Assembly: GCA_031377245.1 (NCBI GenBank)
Contig: JANMEU010000004.1
Span: 60,359 to 124,358, forward strand
Direction: 5' to 3'
Source of the DNA: Bacteroidota bacterium
Lineage (GTDB): Bacteria; Bacteroidota; Bacteroidia; Chitinophagales; Chitinophagaceae
DNA: 64,000 nt
The notes below the pieces were generated by a model that saw only the letters and a list, made by a program, of their open reading frames with translations, made no database searches and was not told the origin of the DNA. The position numbers were made by a program, and so were the translations under genes. Positions 45,720 to 55,531 of this stretch are shown here, piece by piece; position 1 is the first letter of the stretch; each line of letters starts with the position of its first letter.

Positions 45720-46187
45720 TTATAACTCTTCTAAATCTTGTGGTGTTATACCTAATTGTATAGCCATTTTTGTTTTGTTTGGCCCAAGTAATGCAAAAAA
45801 TAAAATACATACCCCACCTAATACAATAAAAGAATAGTTACCAACTAAAAAATAAGCAATTCCATTAAATAATGCTGCTGCCTCTAGCAAAGCCCATTGT
45901 ATTAAACTAGCGATTTTATATTGCTCAAATACCTGCTGGGTGCTTAAATTACTCGATTCTTTTATTTTAGCTATTTTCTTTTTAAAAAAAAGATGCCCTA
46001 TAAAAAAAGCAAGTGCCGTAAATAATAAAGCTACTAACTGAAAAAGCCTATCCTGGCTAGCAAAAGAGGGTGTTTGTATTTTAGTAATCGTTAAAACTAA
46101 AAAAATAGTTAGCGCTATTACTTGCCCTGCAAGCATTGCTTTATGAATTAATTTAAAAGCGAAAAAGGTATTTTTTTGTTGTTGCAT
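45720..46187 (-). CDS. Hypothetical membrane protein
   Basis: Four TM segments; Y..A.LI.WAL.E.A.LF...YFL motif. Confidence 0.7.
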   Translation of the reverse strand: MQQQKNTFFAFKLIHKAMLAGQVIALTIFLVLTITKIQTPSFASQDRLFQLVALLFTALAFFIGHLFFKKKIAKIKESSNLSTQQVFEQYKIASLIQWALLEAAALFNGIAYFLVGNYSFIVLGGVCILFFALLGPNKTKMAIQLGITPQDLEEL

Positions 46188-46218
46188 AGTGTAAATGTAT
46201 TACTAAATAATATAAAAT

Positions 46219-46251
46219 TAAAAACCGCCTTACCAAAATAGGTAAAGCGGT
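46219..46251 (-). terminator. Intrinsic terminator for the FN3/GEVED gene
   Basis: Minus-strand ACCGCTTTACC-loop-GGTAAGGCGGT (one G.U pair) followed by TTTTT. Confidence 0.75.
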
Positions 46252-46301
46252 CTCTATTTTTAATGCCGAATAAAATATAGCTTGTAAATCAACTATACCT
46301 A

Positions 46302-47678
46302 TTATTGCACTATCAGCTTGGTTGTTTGTTTATTTCCTTTTTTATTAAACACAACTAGTAAATACATCCCTTTAGCTTGGGTACTTAAATTTATTGGAAA
46401 ATTTCCTTTTGTGTTAACTATACTTTTTTGAATAGTATTACCATTTGTATTTACAACCTCATATCTATCTGCATCAAAGCCACTAGGCACCATAATATTA
46501 AATAGACCAACTGAAGGATTTGGTGTTGCAGAAATTGCTTTTAATTTATTTTCTTGTATAGATTCATTTTGGATTTTAGATAAAGTAGAATTCGTTGATG
46601 CAAAATTGCCAGATGTAATTAAATTAACAGTATAATCTTCTGTTTCGCCTAAGTAGCCCGTAAGGCAAGGGTTGGTTATAGTACCAGAGTTTTTAATCAT
46701 AAATACCCTCATTCTTGTAGTACCAACAGTGGCAGTTGCAGGAATATTTATAGTAAAGTTTTTAATAGTAGTGCCAGAAATACTAGCTGCCCCATTACTT
46801 AAAATTAAACGTTCACCTGCATCGCTAAAGCTTCCATTTCTATTAAAATCTATCCAAACCATAAATCTACTATTACTTGAGTTGCCCGAAAATCCTGTAC
46901 GTATTTGTCCAGCATTATTGTTAGAGCCAATTACTAAATCTGTGCTTAATGGAATAGTTGCATAGCCACCTGGCTCTGCAACAGAGGTTCGGTTAATAGT
47001 ACCTAATTTAAAATAGTTAATCCAAAGTGATGAATTACTACCATTTGATATACAATAAGCAGGTTGAGTTACAAATTGACTTGTAATATAATCACTATTA
47101 AAGGCAGAACAAACTCTTCTTACTCTCCATTCATAGGCTGTATTAGCTGCCAAGCCTGTTAAATTAAAAAATGTTGCTGTAGGATTATTATAAATATTGG
47201 TTAACTGTATCCAAGCATTGGTAGTATTGGCTAAGCGGTAAGATACAGAAAACCCTGTGTTTGCATTATTAACAGTACTAGCTTGTTGCCAATTTAATAC
47301 AGCACTTACAGAAGTAATATTTGTAGTTGATAAATTAAATGGCTGTAAACATGGAGTGCTAAAAAAAGCAGTAGTATACACACTTGTTCCGTTTATACAA
47401 TTAGCTTTTACTCTCCATTGAAAGTTACCGCCTTGCATTAAGCCAGTTATGGTATAAGGGATTGATGTTACTGCAATTTCGCCAAAACTCCAGTCGCCAC
47501 CGGCCCAATCAATTTCAAAAACATAATCGGTTGCACCTAAAACCGGATCCCAAATAAAAGTAGCTACATTATTACTATAACTGCTTTGTAAATTAGTAGG
47601 AGCATCGCATTGTGCTGTACTATTATTAGCTAAAAGCAGTATTGAAGCAAATAATAGAAGGGTAAATTTTTTTTTCAT
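46302..47678 (-). CDS. T9SS type-A cargo with two FN3 domains and a GEVED domain
   Basis: Signal peptide; two C..P.NL...W...Y.WRV FN3 units; VWIDFNRNGSFSD.GE...TRMRV...GETEDYTV; PNPS.G...GMY CTD. Confidence 0.88.
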   Translation of the reverse strand: MKKKFTLLLFASILLLANNSTAQCDAPTNLQSSYSNNVATFIWDPVLGATDYVFEIDWAGGDWSFGEIAVTSIPYTITGLMQGGNFQWRVKANCINGTSVYTTAFFSTPCLQPFNLSTTNITSVSAVLNWQQASTVNNANTGFSVSYRLANTTNAWIQLTNIYNNPTATFFNLTGLAANTAYEWRVRRVCSAFNSDYITSQFVTQPAYCISNGSNSSLWINYFKLGTINRTSVAEPGGYATIPLSTDLVIGSNNNAGQIRTGFSGNSSNSRFMVWIDFNRNGSFSDAGERLILSNGAASISGTTIKNFTINIPATATVGTTRMRVFMIKNSGTITNPCLTGYLGETEDYTVNLITSGNFASTNSTLSKIQNESIQENKLKAISATPNPSVGLFNIMVPSGFDADRYEVVNTNGNTIQKSIVNTKGNFPINLSTQAKGMYLLVVFNKKGNKQTTKLIVQ

Positions 47679-47723
47679 TTTAATTTGTTTAATGATGAAT
47701 AATTTTTTGCCTAGTTTTCATTG

Positions 47724-47791
47724 TAAACCTACTCTTATCTTTTATCCCTATTTTTAGAAATGTACAAGTGAATCAAAATAATTCATAAGTG
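47724..47791 (-). promoter_or_regulatory. Candidate LytTR-type operator pair + promoter (minus strand)
   Basis: CACTTATGAATT (47780-91) and CACTTGTACATT (47759-70), 21-bp period; TAGGTTTA 27 nt downstream. Confidence 0.45.
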
Positions 47792-47825
47792 ATTTTAGTT
47801 CTACTTTAACTTCTCAAGACAACCG

Positions 47826-48026
47826 TTACTGTGTTTTTTTTATTGGCTTATATAACCAAACCCCAATACAAGCAAATGCTATAATGTAGGGTAGTTTTTT
47901 AGTAAATTTTATTTGTGTTTTTTCTTCAATTAATGTAATTAGTAGCGCCCCTGCAACTACAATTAAAAAAATTATTCCCCCTTTTTTTAGTTTGCCTTCT
48001 TTGGGCCAAAAATCTTTTTTTTCCAT
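47826..48026 (-). CDS. Small membrane protein
   Basis: 66 aa, two hydrophobic segments. Confidence 0.5.
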   Translation of the reverse strand: MEKKDFWPKEGKLKKGGIIFLIVVAGALLITLIEEKTQIKFTKKLPYIIAFACIGVWLYKPIKKTQ

Positions 48027-48124
48027 TATTAAAATTTTAATAAAGCAACAAAAAAATAAACCTTAATTAATTATGGTTTTATAAATGAGGGTGATTAGTT
48101 AACAAGTGATAATTTTAAATTAAG

Positions 48125-48193
48125 CGACTATAAAACAGTTACCTACAGTTATGAAAGGATATGGAAAACTAATAGACTATGTTATTACATTTG
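48125..48193 (+). promoter_or_regulatory. Candidate LytTR-type operator pair + -7 element
   Basis: CGACTATAAAAC (48125) and CAGTTATGAAAG (48146), 21-bp period; TACATTTG at 48186, 28 nt after the second box. Confidence 0.6.
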
Positions 48194-48212
48194 ATTTCAA
48201 AAAAAGATAATT

Positions 48213-48641
48213 ATGAAAGGTCTAGTAAAAATTTCGATTGTACTATTTATGCTTTCCTCTTGTGGCGGAACTGCAGATAATAAAGCCCCAGAATTAGCGA
48301 ATGCTATGTGTGATTGCTTTAGCAGTTTTCAAAATGGCTTAAGTGAAAATGCAAAAAAACTAATGAAAGAAGTTTCAACAGCAGCTAAACCACAAGAAGT
48401 AATGATGGCAGGTATGTCAAAATTTACACCTGAAGAAGCTAAAACTTTTGGAGAACAGTTAAAAACTATTGGAGATAAAAACTCAACAGTATATAAGTGC
48501 TTACAAGATTTTGATAAACAACATACTAACGAAACTACAATTGATAAAAAAGCATTAACTGATAAATTATTAATGGAAATGCAAAAAAGCGGCGGTTGTT
48601 ATGTTGGTGCCGCTATAGTAAATCTTAATCCTAAAAAATAA
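48213..48641 (+). CDS. Hypothetical lipoprotein with two extra Cys pairs
   Basis: Lipobox LSSC; A..MCDCF motif plus two later Cys. Confidence 0.7.
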   Translation: MKGLVKISIVLFMLSSCGGTADNKAPELANAMCDCFSSFQNGLSENAKKLMKEVSTAAKPQEVMMAGMSKFTPEEAKTFGEQLKTIGDKNSTVYKCLQDFDKQHTNETTIDKKALTDKLLMEMQKSGGCYVGAAIVNLNPKK

Positions 48642-48642
48642 G

Positions 48643-49395
48643 TTATCTGTTTTCCAAAAAATGTATCACAAAATCTTTTTTCCGTTGCGATACTGGTATG
48701 GTATGGCCTCCTTCTAAAATAAGTGTACCACTGTCAGTTTTGCGGTCGTACACTTTTATTTTTGTTGGATTTACTAAGCAGCTATGGTGAGTACGAATAA
48801 AGCCAGCTGGTGCCAACAATTCTTCATAGCTACGTAAATTTCGACTTACAAAAATGGGTTCGGCGTTTGTAAGGTAAAATTTTGTATAGGAACCCTCTGC
48901 TTCGCAATACAAAATATCATTCATTTTTATAAAATAGGTTTTATCAATATCCTTTAACACAATTTGTTGCTCGGGCTCTGCTTTGCTATTAAGCTGCTGC
49001 ATTAAAACTGCAAATTGGTTTTGCAAGATTTCTTTTGGTGCAATTAGTTCTTTCGCTTTTTTTACACTTTCAGTAAGCTCTTCCGGATCTATTGGTTTCA
49101 GCAAATAGTCAAGTGCACTTATTTTAATTGCCTTTACTGCATATTCACTGTATGCTGTTGTAAAAATCAACTTAAAATCTTGTTCTTTACAAGCATCCAA
49201 TATATCAAATGCTAGCCCGTCTGTAAGCTGTATGTCCATAAATACCAGAGCTGGTTTTAAAACTGTAATTTTTTCTATGGCTTCTTTTACTGTTTTTGCC
49301 TCTCCAATAATCTCAAGCTCGGGGCAATGATATTTTATTTCAGCTTTTAATGCTGATATGGCTTGTATTTCGTCTTCTACTATTAATGTTCTCAT
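48643..49395 (-). CDS. LytTR family response regulator
   Basis: IVEDE...VFMDIQL...FTTAY...ALDYLLKP receiver; I.YCEAEGSYT...FIRTHHSCLVN LytTR domain. Confidence 0.95.
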   Translation of the reverse strand: MRTLIVEDEIQAISALKAEIKYHCPELEIIGEAKTVKEAIEKITVLKPALVFMDIQLTDGLAFDILDACKEQDFKLIFTTAYSEYAVKAIKISALDYLLKPIDPEELTESVKKAKELIAPKEILQNQFAVLMQQLNSKAEPEQQIVLKDIDKTYFIKMNDILYCEAEGSYTKFYLTNAEPIFVSRNLRSYEELLAPAGFIRTHHSCLVNPTKIKVYDRKTDSGTLILEGGHTIPVSQRKKDFVIHFLENR

Positions 49396-49404
49396 ATTAC
49401 ATTT

Positions 49405-52269
49405 TTAAGCTGTTTTTTTTATTGGCATTGTTATAATAACTTTTGTACCTGCTGGTTTATTGTATTGTTGCTTATCAAAATACTCCATTGTGCAAGTTTT
49501 GTCAAAAAGGGCAAGTCTTTCTCTTATTATATCACCTGCTTTAGATTTATATTCCCGTTGTGCCTGGTTTTTTAAAGCTGCCTCTCTACCAATTCCATCA
49601 TCTTCTACAATACACAAAAGGTTTTCATTATTTATTTCGAAAACAATGCTTAAAAACCCTTTTTCAGGTTTAGGGCCTAGTCCATAAATGATTGCATTTT
49701 CTACAAGCGGCTGTATCAATAGATTGGGTATTAACAATAATTGAGGTTCAATTTGTGGCGCTAAAGTAATTACATAATCAAACTTACCTTGGTACCTTAT
49801 TTGTGTAAGTTCAATATAGAGTCTCAGCATTTCAATTTCGTTATCTAGTGTGGTTACCTGCTCTTCATTTTCCAAAAGTTTTCTAAGCAATTTTGAAAAT
49901 TTGGCAATATAATTACTTGCATGAACAAAATCCCCTTCTGCATAATACCCTTTAATTGTATTAAGTCCATTAAAAATAAAGTGTGGGTTCATTTGCAGTC
50001 GCAATGCTTTTTGCTCTAATTCAATTACCTGCTTTTCCATTTTTGCCATATCTCTCTCTTCTTTCATTTTAATACGCTCTCTTTCAAAAAAATTTCGTTG
50101 TTTTAAAAACCTGCTACGTAAAAAATATACTAAACCTATAACAAGAAACAAAAAAGTAAAAATTCTAAACCACCATTTTTGCCAAAAGGGCGGCAGCACT
50201 TCAAAGCTGTATGTTTGAGTGAGGCTTTTTTCTCCAAAACCATTTACACAATAAACGCTAAAGGTGTACTTGCCTGCTGGCAGCGATTTGTAATTGATTT
50301 GCGATTCTTTTGTACTAAACCATTCCTTTTCCTGATTTCCAAGTTTGTAAAAATATTTTACATCCCCCAAGTCAATAAAGGATATACCATTGAATGAAAT
50401 ACTGATACTGTTATCAAAATAATTAATGGTATTAGTTCCTTCAAATACTGCATTAATGTCTGTAATAATACAGCTAGGCTTTATCTGCCTCTTGCTTAAA
50501 ATGTTTTTACTAAAGCATAACAAACCATAATCTGTTGCAAGATAAAGAGTGTCGGCAACCATTTCTATATCTTCAATTCGTCTGTTTTTTATTCCCAAAT
50601 ATGAATTGAAATTTGTTATATCAAGTAATCCTACTTCTGTGTTTATTATTATTTTATTTATCCCATTATTCCCCCCTATGAGATAAGTATTTTTTTCTAT
50701 TTTTTTAATACTTGTAACTGTATTGCTATTTAGCCCATCAAGTACGTTTGCTTTTTTGTATACAGAATCATCTTTAATAATAACAAGCCCCTTTGATGCC
50801 GTAGCAACAAGTAAAAATTCATTTTCGGTATCATAGTATAAATCTTCTATTGAAGCAGAGAGATCGTCTTTTTTGGAATCTATGTAAATCATAGAGTCTT
50901 TGCTTGTGTATTTGTAAAGGCCGAAATTTGTACCTATCCACAAATTACTTTTATCATCAAAGCAAAACACATTAGTTCGCTTATTCAATATCTTTCGCTG
51001 CTCAATTTTTTTTAAACCAATACTATTAAACTCAGTACATTTCATTTTGGCTGCAAAAGTGGTGGCAAAAAATACCTCATCGCCCCAAAAAAACATATCA
51101 TTAAACCCTATTGGAATTTCCTTACTACCTTTTTTTGTAATTATTTTTACGCCCCCTTTTCCAACGGCCAATACAGTATCTCCAATAATTCGAATATTAG
51201 TTAGCTTGTCTTTTCTGAACGTAGCACCAAGCAATTCCTTTTTAATTATACTTTGTTTTTTTATATAATAATTCCCAGCATAATCGCCTGCCCATAGTTC
51301 CTGATTATTTTTTTGGGCCAGGCTACTAATTTTTATTTCCTTTAAAAGTTGACTTATACTAAACGATGGCACAAATAGCACTCCTTTATTTAATGAAGTA
51401 ATCCAATAATTGCCTTCATGATCTTTGAGGATATCGGAAACAATATAGTCTTTAAAATACACCGTTTTATACGTGTTATTTTCATAAAGTAAAAGCCCTG
51501 TTCTTGTGCAAAACCAAATTTTGTTTTCCTCTTCCTTTACTTTTATTATGTCATATGTTTTATCAAGTGTTAGCCTTTGTTCAATACGCCCATTTGATAC
51601 ATCAAATAGGTTGTTTGGAACGCTGACATATGTTTTACCGTTTGTATGACTTATTCTACATGAAAGCTTTGGAACATCAGCATTTTTTTTGGGGTTACCT
51701 TTAGATGTAAATGTAAAAATACCGTCAGTAGTAAAAGCATATAAATCATTTTCCTTCCACATGCCTATAAGTGATTCTTGCGTCAAACTAATTTTGCTTA
51801 CTGAATCATTTTTATCAATAATATATATGTCCCCGTTTCTGTAACCAAAATAATTTCTCCCTTCATTGTCTTCCAAAAAATCCATAAGCATACCATTGCC
51901 ACTTATTTTTTTTAAACTTGAGTTTTTATTTTCATTAACTATTTTACCCTTTTCGAGGTAACACATTTTCCCATTTGCTGTTTGAAGCCATATTCTTCCT
52001 CTACTGTCTTCATTCATACTGAACACCTCATTGTCAGTTAACCCATTATCGGTATTAAACAATTCAAATGTTTTACTATTGTAGCGTATTATTCCTACAT
52101 CAGATGTAAACCAAATAATACCATTTTTTTCCTGAAAAACTGAATAAATATTTGATGAAGGAAGGCCCTCACCGATAGAGTAGTTGATACTATACGGCTC
52201 TTGAGCCGTTGCAAAATAACTGCACAGCACCAATACAAATTGAAATAAAAATGCAACAATGGTTTTCAC
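49405..52269 (-). CDS. LytS-type sensor histidine kinase with periplasmic beta-propeller and Y_Y_Y domain
   Basis: Reg_prop-like repeats (GL..N.V......G.IW); Y..L..G.Y.F.V; TM helix; LRLQMNPHFIFN.LN.I; IQPLVENAI..G; DDGIG. Confidence 0.93.
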   Translation of the reverse strand: MKTIVAFLFQFVLVLCSYFATAQEPYSINYSIGEGLPSSNIYSVFQEKNGIIWFTSDVGIIRYNSKTFELFNTDNGLTDNEVFSMNEDSRGRIWLQTANGKMCYLEKGKIVNENKNSSLKKISGNGMLMDFLEDNEGRNYFGYRNGDIYIIDKNDSVSKISLTQESLIGMWKENDLYAFTTDGIFTFTSKGNPKKNADVPKLSCRISHTNGKTYVSVPNNLFDVSNGRIEQRLTLDKTYDIIKVKEEENKIWFCTRTGLLLYENNTYKTVYFKDYIVSDILKDHEGNYWITSLNKGVLFVPSFSISQLLKEIKISSLAQKNNQELWAGDYAGNYYIKKQSIIKKELLGATFRKDKLTNIRIIGDTVLAVGKGGVKIITKKGSKEIPIGFNDMFFWGDEVFFATTFAAKMKCTEFNSIGLKKIEQRKILNKRTNVFCFDDKSNLWIGTNFGLYKYTSKDSMIYIDSKKDDLSASIEDLYYDTENEFLLVATASKGLVIIKDDSVYKKANVLDGLNSNTVTSIKKIEKNTYLIGGNNGINKIIINTEVGLLDITNFNSYLGIKNRRIEDIEMVADTLYLATDYGLLCFSKNILSKRQIKPSCIITDINAVFEGTNTINYFDNSISISFNGISFIDLGDVKYFYKLGNQEKEWFSTKESQINYKSLPAGKYTFSVYCVNGFGEKSLTQTYSFEVLPPFWQKWWFRIFTFLFLVIGLVYFLRSRFLKQRNFFERERIKMKEERDMAKMEKQVIELEQKALRLQMNPHFIFNGLNTIKGYYAEGDFVHASNYIAKFSKLLRKLLENEEQVTTLDNEIEMLRLYIELTQIRYQGKFDYVITLAPQIEPQLLLIPNLLIQPLVENAIIYGLGPKPEKGFLSIVFEINNENLLCIVEDDGIGREAALKNQAQREYKSKAGDIIRERLALFDKTCTMEYFDKQQYNKPAGTKVIITMPIKKTA

Positions 52270-52341
52270 TCAATGATAAAGCTAAGAAATAATGGGTTGT
52301 TAAATACATCTGTTTTTAAGGGTTCAATAGCTGATACTATT

Positions 52342-52473
52342 CGTTTTTCAAACGATGAAATTGATTTCACAAATGATTTGAGTTATGGGCACTTTACTTC
52401 TGTACGATTATCAAACAAGTATTATCGTTTATCAAACGGAGGTCTTTTTCTATAGATGTAGGGAGTAGATTTA
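52342..52473 (+). promoter_or_regulatory. LytTR-type direct-repeat operator array + -7-like element
   Basis: CGTTTTTCAAAC (52342), CGATTATCAAAC (52405) and CGTTTATCAAAC (52426), all in 21-bp register; TAGATTTA at 52466, 28 nt after the last box. Confidence 0.7.
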
Positions 52474-52497
52474 GTTATTAAAAATTAAAAATATTTT

Positions 52498-53874
52498 ATG
52501 AAATCAATACTATTAGTGTTAATGTGTGTTATTGTTTGCGCTACTTCTATTGCACAAGTAGATGCTAACTATACTGGCGCTGCAAAAACGTATGTAAAAT
52601 CTTTTTGGAACCATGCAGAATTGTTAAAAAATGGTAAAGGCGGTTCCCTAACCTTAGCTAATATGAAAAGGGCGCTTGACAATGCCAAGGGAAAAGACCC
52701 AGCATACAATTTTGTATCTATGGAAAACGAAATAAAAAAATGGCAGGCCGAAGAAGATAAAAAGATAGAAGCAGGAAAAACAGAGGAAGAAAAAGCAGCT
52801 GATGCAAAGATTGGAGATTATGCAGGTGCAGCCAAAAACCAAGTAAATTATTTTTGGAATAGGGCAACAATGCAAATTGATAAATTAAGTGAAGGAGAAT
52901 TGAGCGGAAATATACGTGATATGGAATATGCTTTAAAAGCTACAAAAGAAAAAGACCCAGCTTACAACGCTTCGGAAATGGAGAGTGCCTTAAAAAAAAT
53001 AAAAGATGATTTAAAGGCAAAAAAACTTGCCGAAGTAAGAGGTACTAGCGGAGACAGAACTAAAGCTCCACAACAGAGCGAAACAGCAACTAATGACCCC
53101 GTTAAATTGATGGAAAAATTATTTATAGATGCAAGAATTAGCGTTGGTTCTACAAGTGATATACCAGAAGCACCAACTAAAATTGCAGCATATAAAGCAA
53201 AACTTGAAAAGCTATTGTCAATAGATTATACCGATGCATTAATTAAAACGGGCAGAAATGCAAAAGGAAATATAAGCGGATTTAAAGCAAGTACCGATAG
53301 AGAAATAGATAAAATAGAAGGGTTGTTAAAAGAAGCTAGAGAAAAGTCAAGTATGGAATATAGATACTATACACTACAATATCATCAAGCATTTTGGGAT
53401 GCCGCACAAAAAGTATTTCCTGAAGAAAGTTCTTATATAGAAATGTATAAAAAAACAACTACGGCTTTTACAGGAATGGGAAGTTTAGAGCAATTATATG
53501 CAAAAGCAGAAGTAAACAGAATTGAGTACATTAAAAATACTAAGTTTCCTCCGGCAGCAGTAAAAGATGCAAAATTTGAAAAATTATTAACCGATGGCTT
53601 TAATAAGGTATATGGCGCACAACACAATGTAACTTCTTTAAAGGCTGTACTTACTCAAAACGGTTGGACTATAGTTCGCAATTCGCTTACAGGAATAGTT
53701 ATTGGCCGTAACCGTAGTGCAAAACTAGCGTATAAAGGAAGCGATGGAAAATGTTATCTGTTACCAGACTATGTATTTATTAGAGAAGATTATGTAGGTA
53801 GTTCGTTTATAAATACTGTAGCCGTTTTTAATGGATTAGATGGCCAAGAAATGCTTTGTGAAAATGTAAAATAA
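52498..53874 (+). CDS. Secreted hypothetical protein with a duplicated N-terminal helical repeat
   Basis: Signal peptide; two copies of Y.GAAK..V..FWN.A ... M..AL...K.KDPAYN...ME. Confidence 0.75.
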   Translation: MKSILLVLMCVIVCATSIAQVDANYTGAAKTYVKSFWNHAELLKNGKGGSLTLANMKRALDNAKGKDPAYNFVSMENEIKKWQAEEDKKIEAGKTEEEKAADAKIGDYAGAAKNQVNYFWNRATMQIDKLSEGELSGNIRDMEYALKATKEKDPAYNASEMESALKKIKDDLKAKKLAEVRGTSGDRTKAPQQSETATNDPVKLMEKLFIDARISVGSTSDIPEAPTKIAAYKAKLEKLLSIDYTDALIKTGRNAKGNISGFKASTDREIDKIEGLLKEAREKSSMEYRYYTLQYHQAFWDAAQKVFPEESSYIEMYKKTTTAFTGMGSLEQLYAKAEVNRIEYIKNTKFPPAAVKDAKFEKLLTDGFNKVYGAQHNVTSLKAVLTQNGWTIVRNSLTGIVIGRNRSAKLAYKGSDGKCYLLPDYVFIREDYVGSSFINTVAVFNGLDGQEMLCENVK

Positions 53875-53952
53875 ATTTTAACCCTTAAAAACTAAAAAAT
53901 AATATGTGACTTTCAAATTAGAAGTTACAACCTATTTTAATGATAAGAGCCC

Positions 53953-54561
53953 TTACTTATAATAAGGGCTTATCATTAAATAAACAATTACGCCAGTAAT
54001 GGCTACATAAAACCATATTGGCCAAACATATCTAACTAATTTTTTGTGCTGTTCAAACTCACCAGTTAATGCTCTATAAGCAGCAAATAAAATAAAAGGC
54101 AATACTAAACCTGCTAATGGAATGTGTGTTAGTAAAATAAGCAAATAGATTGATCTTTTACTTCCCACAGCGGCTAATTCTTCTGGGCTTAAAAATCGTT
54201 TTCCTTCACTATTGAATAAACCATCAACATCACCATAAATTGCTTCGCCGGCAAATAAATGATGACAAATGTAGGAGACTAAAAACAAAACAGATAATAC
54301 CAATGTAAACAGCATAATATTTTTATGCATTTGATACTTTTTTTGTTTAATAGCAACTAGGCCTAATACTAATAAAAAAGCCACACAACCATTTATACAA
54401 GCATTTATAACTGCAAAAACATGTACATCAAAGGGCAATGTTACTTTTCCAGCTAAATTATATTTGCCTAAAACAGTAACAGCACAAAATACAATAACCG
54501 ATACAATACCAATTAACCATTTTGCTTTTGAATCATTTTTTGTTAGCGTTGGTTGAAGCAT
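53953..54561 (-). CDS. DUF420 (CtaM/YozB-like) oxidase assembly membrane protein
   Basis: HK.IML, FLVSYICHH, ILLTHI.LA, H.KL.R..WPIWFYVAITGV.VY.M. Confidence 0.85.
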   Translation of the reverse strand: MLQPTLTKNDSKAKWLIGIVSVIVFCAVTVLGKYNLAGKVTLPFDVHVFAVINACINGCVAFLLVLGLVAIKQKKYQMHKNIMLFTLVLSVLFLVSYICHHLFAGEAIYGDVDGLFNSEGKRFLSPEELAAVGSKRSIYLLILLTHIPLAGLVLPFILFAAYRALTGEFEQHKKLVRYVWPIWFYVAITGVIVYLMISPYYK

Positions 54562-54564
54562 AAT

Positions 54565-55371
54565 TTAATTTTTATTTTTCTTTTTATTTCTATTTAATAA
54601 AATAATAACAACAAATACAATAGCAATAGCAATAAAAATTACTGGTAGTATGGGAATAAAGGTTCTAAAAAAAGATGGTTTACTTCTGTCTTTTTCTAGT
54701 AGTAGCAAAGGAATATCTCTGGCTAACTTACTCATTGCTTGTTCATTTGTAGTATTGTCTTCATTTAATGAATGATAAAATCCACGTACAATTCTATATT
54801 TATCTACCAAAAAAAACATATCGGTATGTACAAATTCTGGGGTAATCGTTTTATCGGCAATACTTGCTTTTAGCTCTTGTAACATAAAGCTATATAATTC
54901 ATTTTTGTCGCCCGTTACAAACCACCAATTATCTTGGTTAGCATTAAATCGTTCGGCAAATTTTCTTAACTGATGTGCAGAGTCATAAATAGGGTCAACC
55001 GTTATAGAAATAAATTGTACTAAGGAATCGCTTTTTTCAAAACTAGTTTGTAAACGTTTCATTACACTTGTTGTTTTAGGGCAAATGCCTGCACATCGTG
55101 TAAAAATGGTATTAAACACTAAAATTTTTCCTTTAGCGCTATCTAAGTTTACTTTTTTTCCAAATTGATTTATAAATTCTACATTTTTTATTTTATGCCA
55201 AATAGTATCTGTCGTCGTTTTCCCTCCTTTTGTTTTTACAATAACACTGTCTGGAGCAAAATATTTACGAGGCATTGTTGCGGCGTTTTTACTTAAATAT
55301 TTTACTAAAAAATATCCGCTAAAAGGGAGTAAAAGTGCAAGGAGTAAACCAAGTATTGAAGATTTTTTCAT
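54565..55371 (-). CDS. SCO1/SenC family Cu chaperone
   Basis: FTRCAGICP (CxxxC), SITVDP.YD and FVHT motifs. Confidence 0.92.
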   Translation of the reverse strand: MKKSSILGLLLALLLPFSGYFLVKYLSKNAATMPRKYFAPDSVIVKTKGGKTTTDTIWHKIKNVEFINQFGKKVNLDSAKGKILVFNTIFTRCAGICPKTTSVMKRLQTSFEKSDSLVQFISITVDPIYDSAHQLRKFAERFNANQDNWWFVTGDKNELYSFMLQELKASIADKTITPEFVHTDMFFLVDKYRIVRGFYHSLNEDNTTNEQAMSKLARDIPLLLLEKDRSKPSFFRTFIPILPVIFIAIAIVFVVIILLNRNKKKNKN

Positions 55372-55531
55372 ATATAATTTAACGCTTAAAGGTATTGTAA
55401 GTAGTTAAGCGTATTGACCTAAGCAATACAACTACTAACCCTAAAAAGTTGTAATTTTTTGCAAAGGTAACACAATAAAAAACCATCCTTAAAAAACAGG
55501 ATGGCTAATTAATAAATATTTTTATTACTAC

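Noticed and set aside
52273-52455. 60-aa ORF in the kinase/secreted-protein intergenic region
   Set aside because: Coincides with the LytTR operator array and divergent promoters; more simply explained as regulatory DNA
53905-53930. Weak inverted repeat GTGACTTT...GAAGTTAC between convergent genes
   Set aside because: Several mismatches; cannot distinguish a degenerate REP or terminator from chance
55383-55436. Two mutually exclusive small hairpins upstream of the SCO gene (CGCTTAA/TTAAGCG versus AGTAGTT..GTATTG/CAATAC..AACTACT)
   Set aside because: Stems are short and AT-rich with no terminator or known aptamer features; too weak to call a switch
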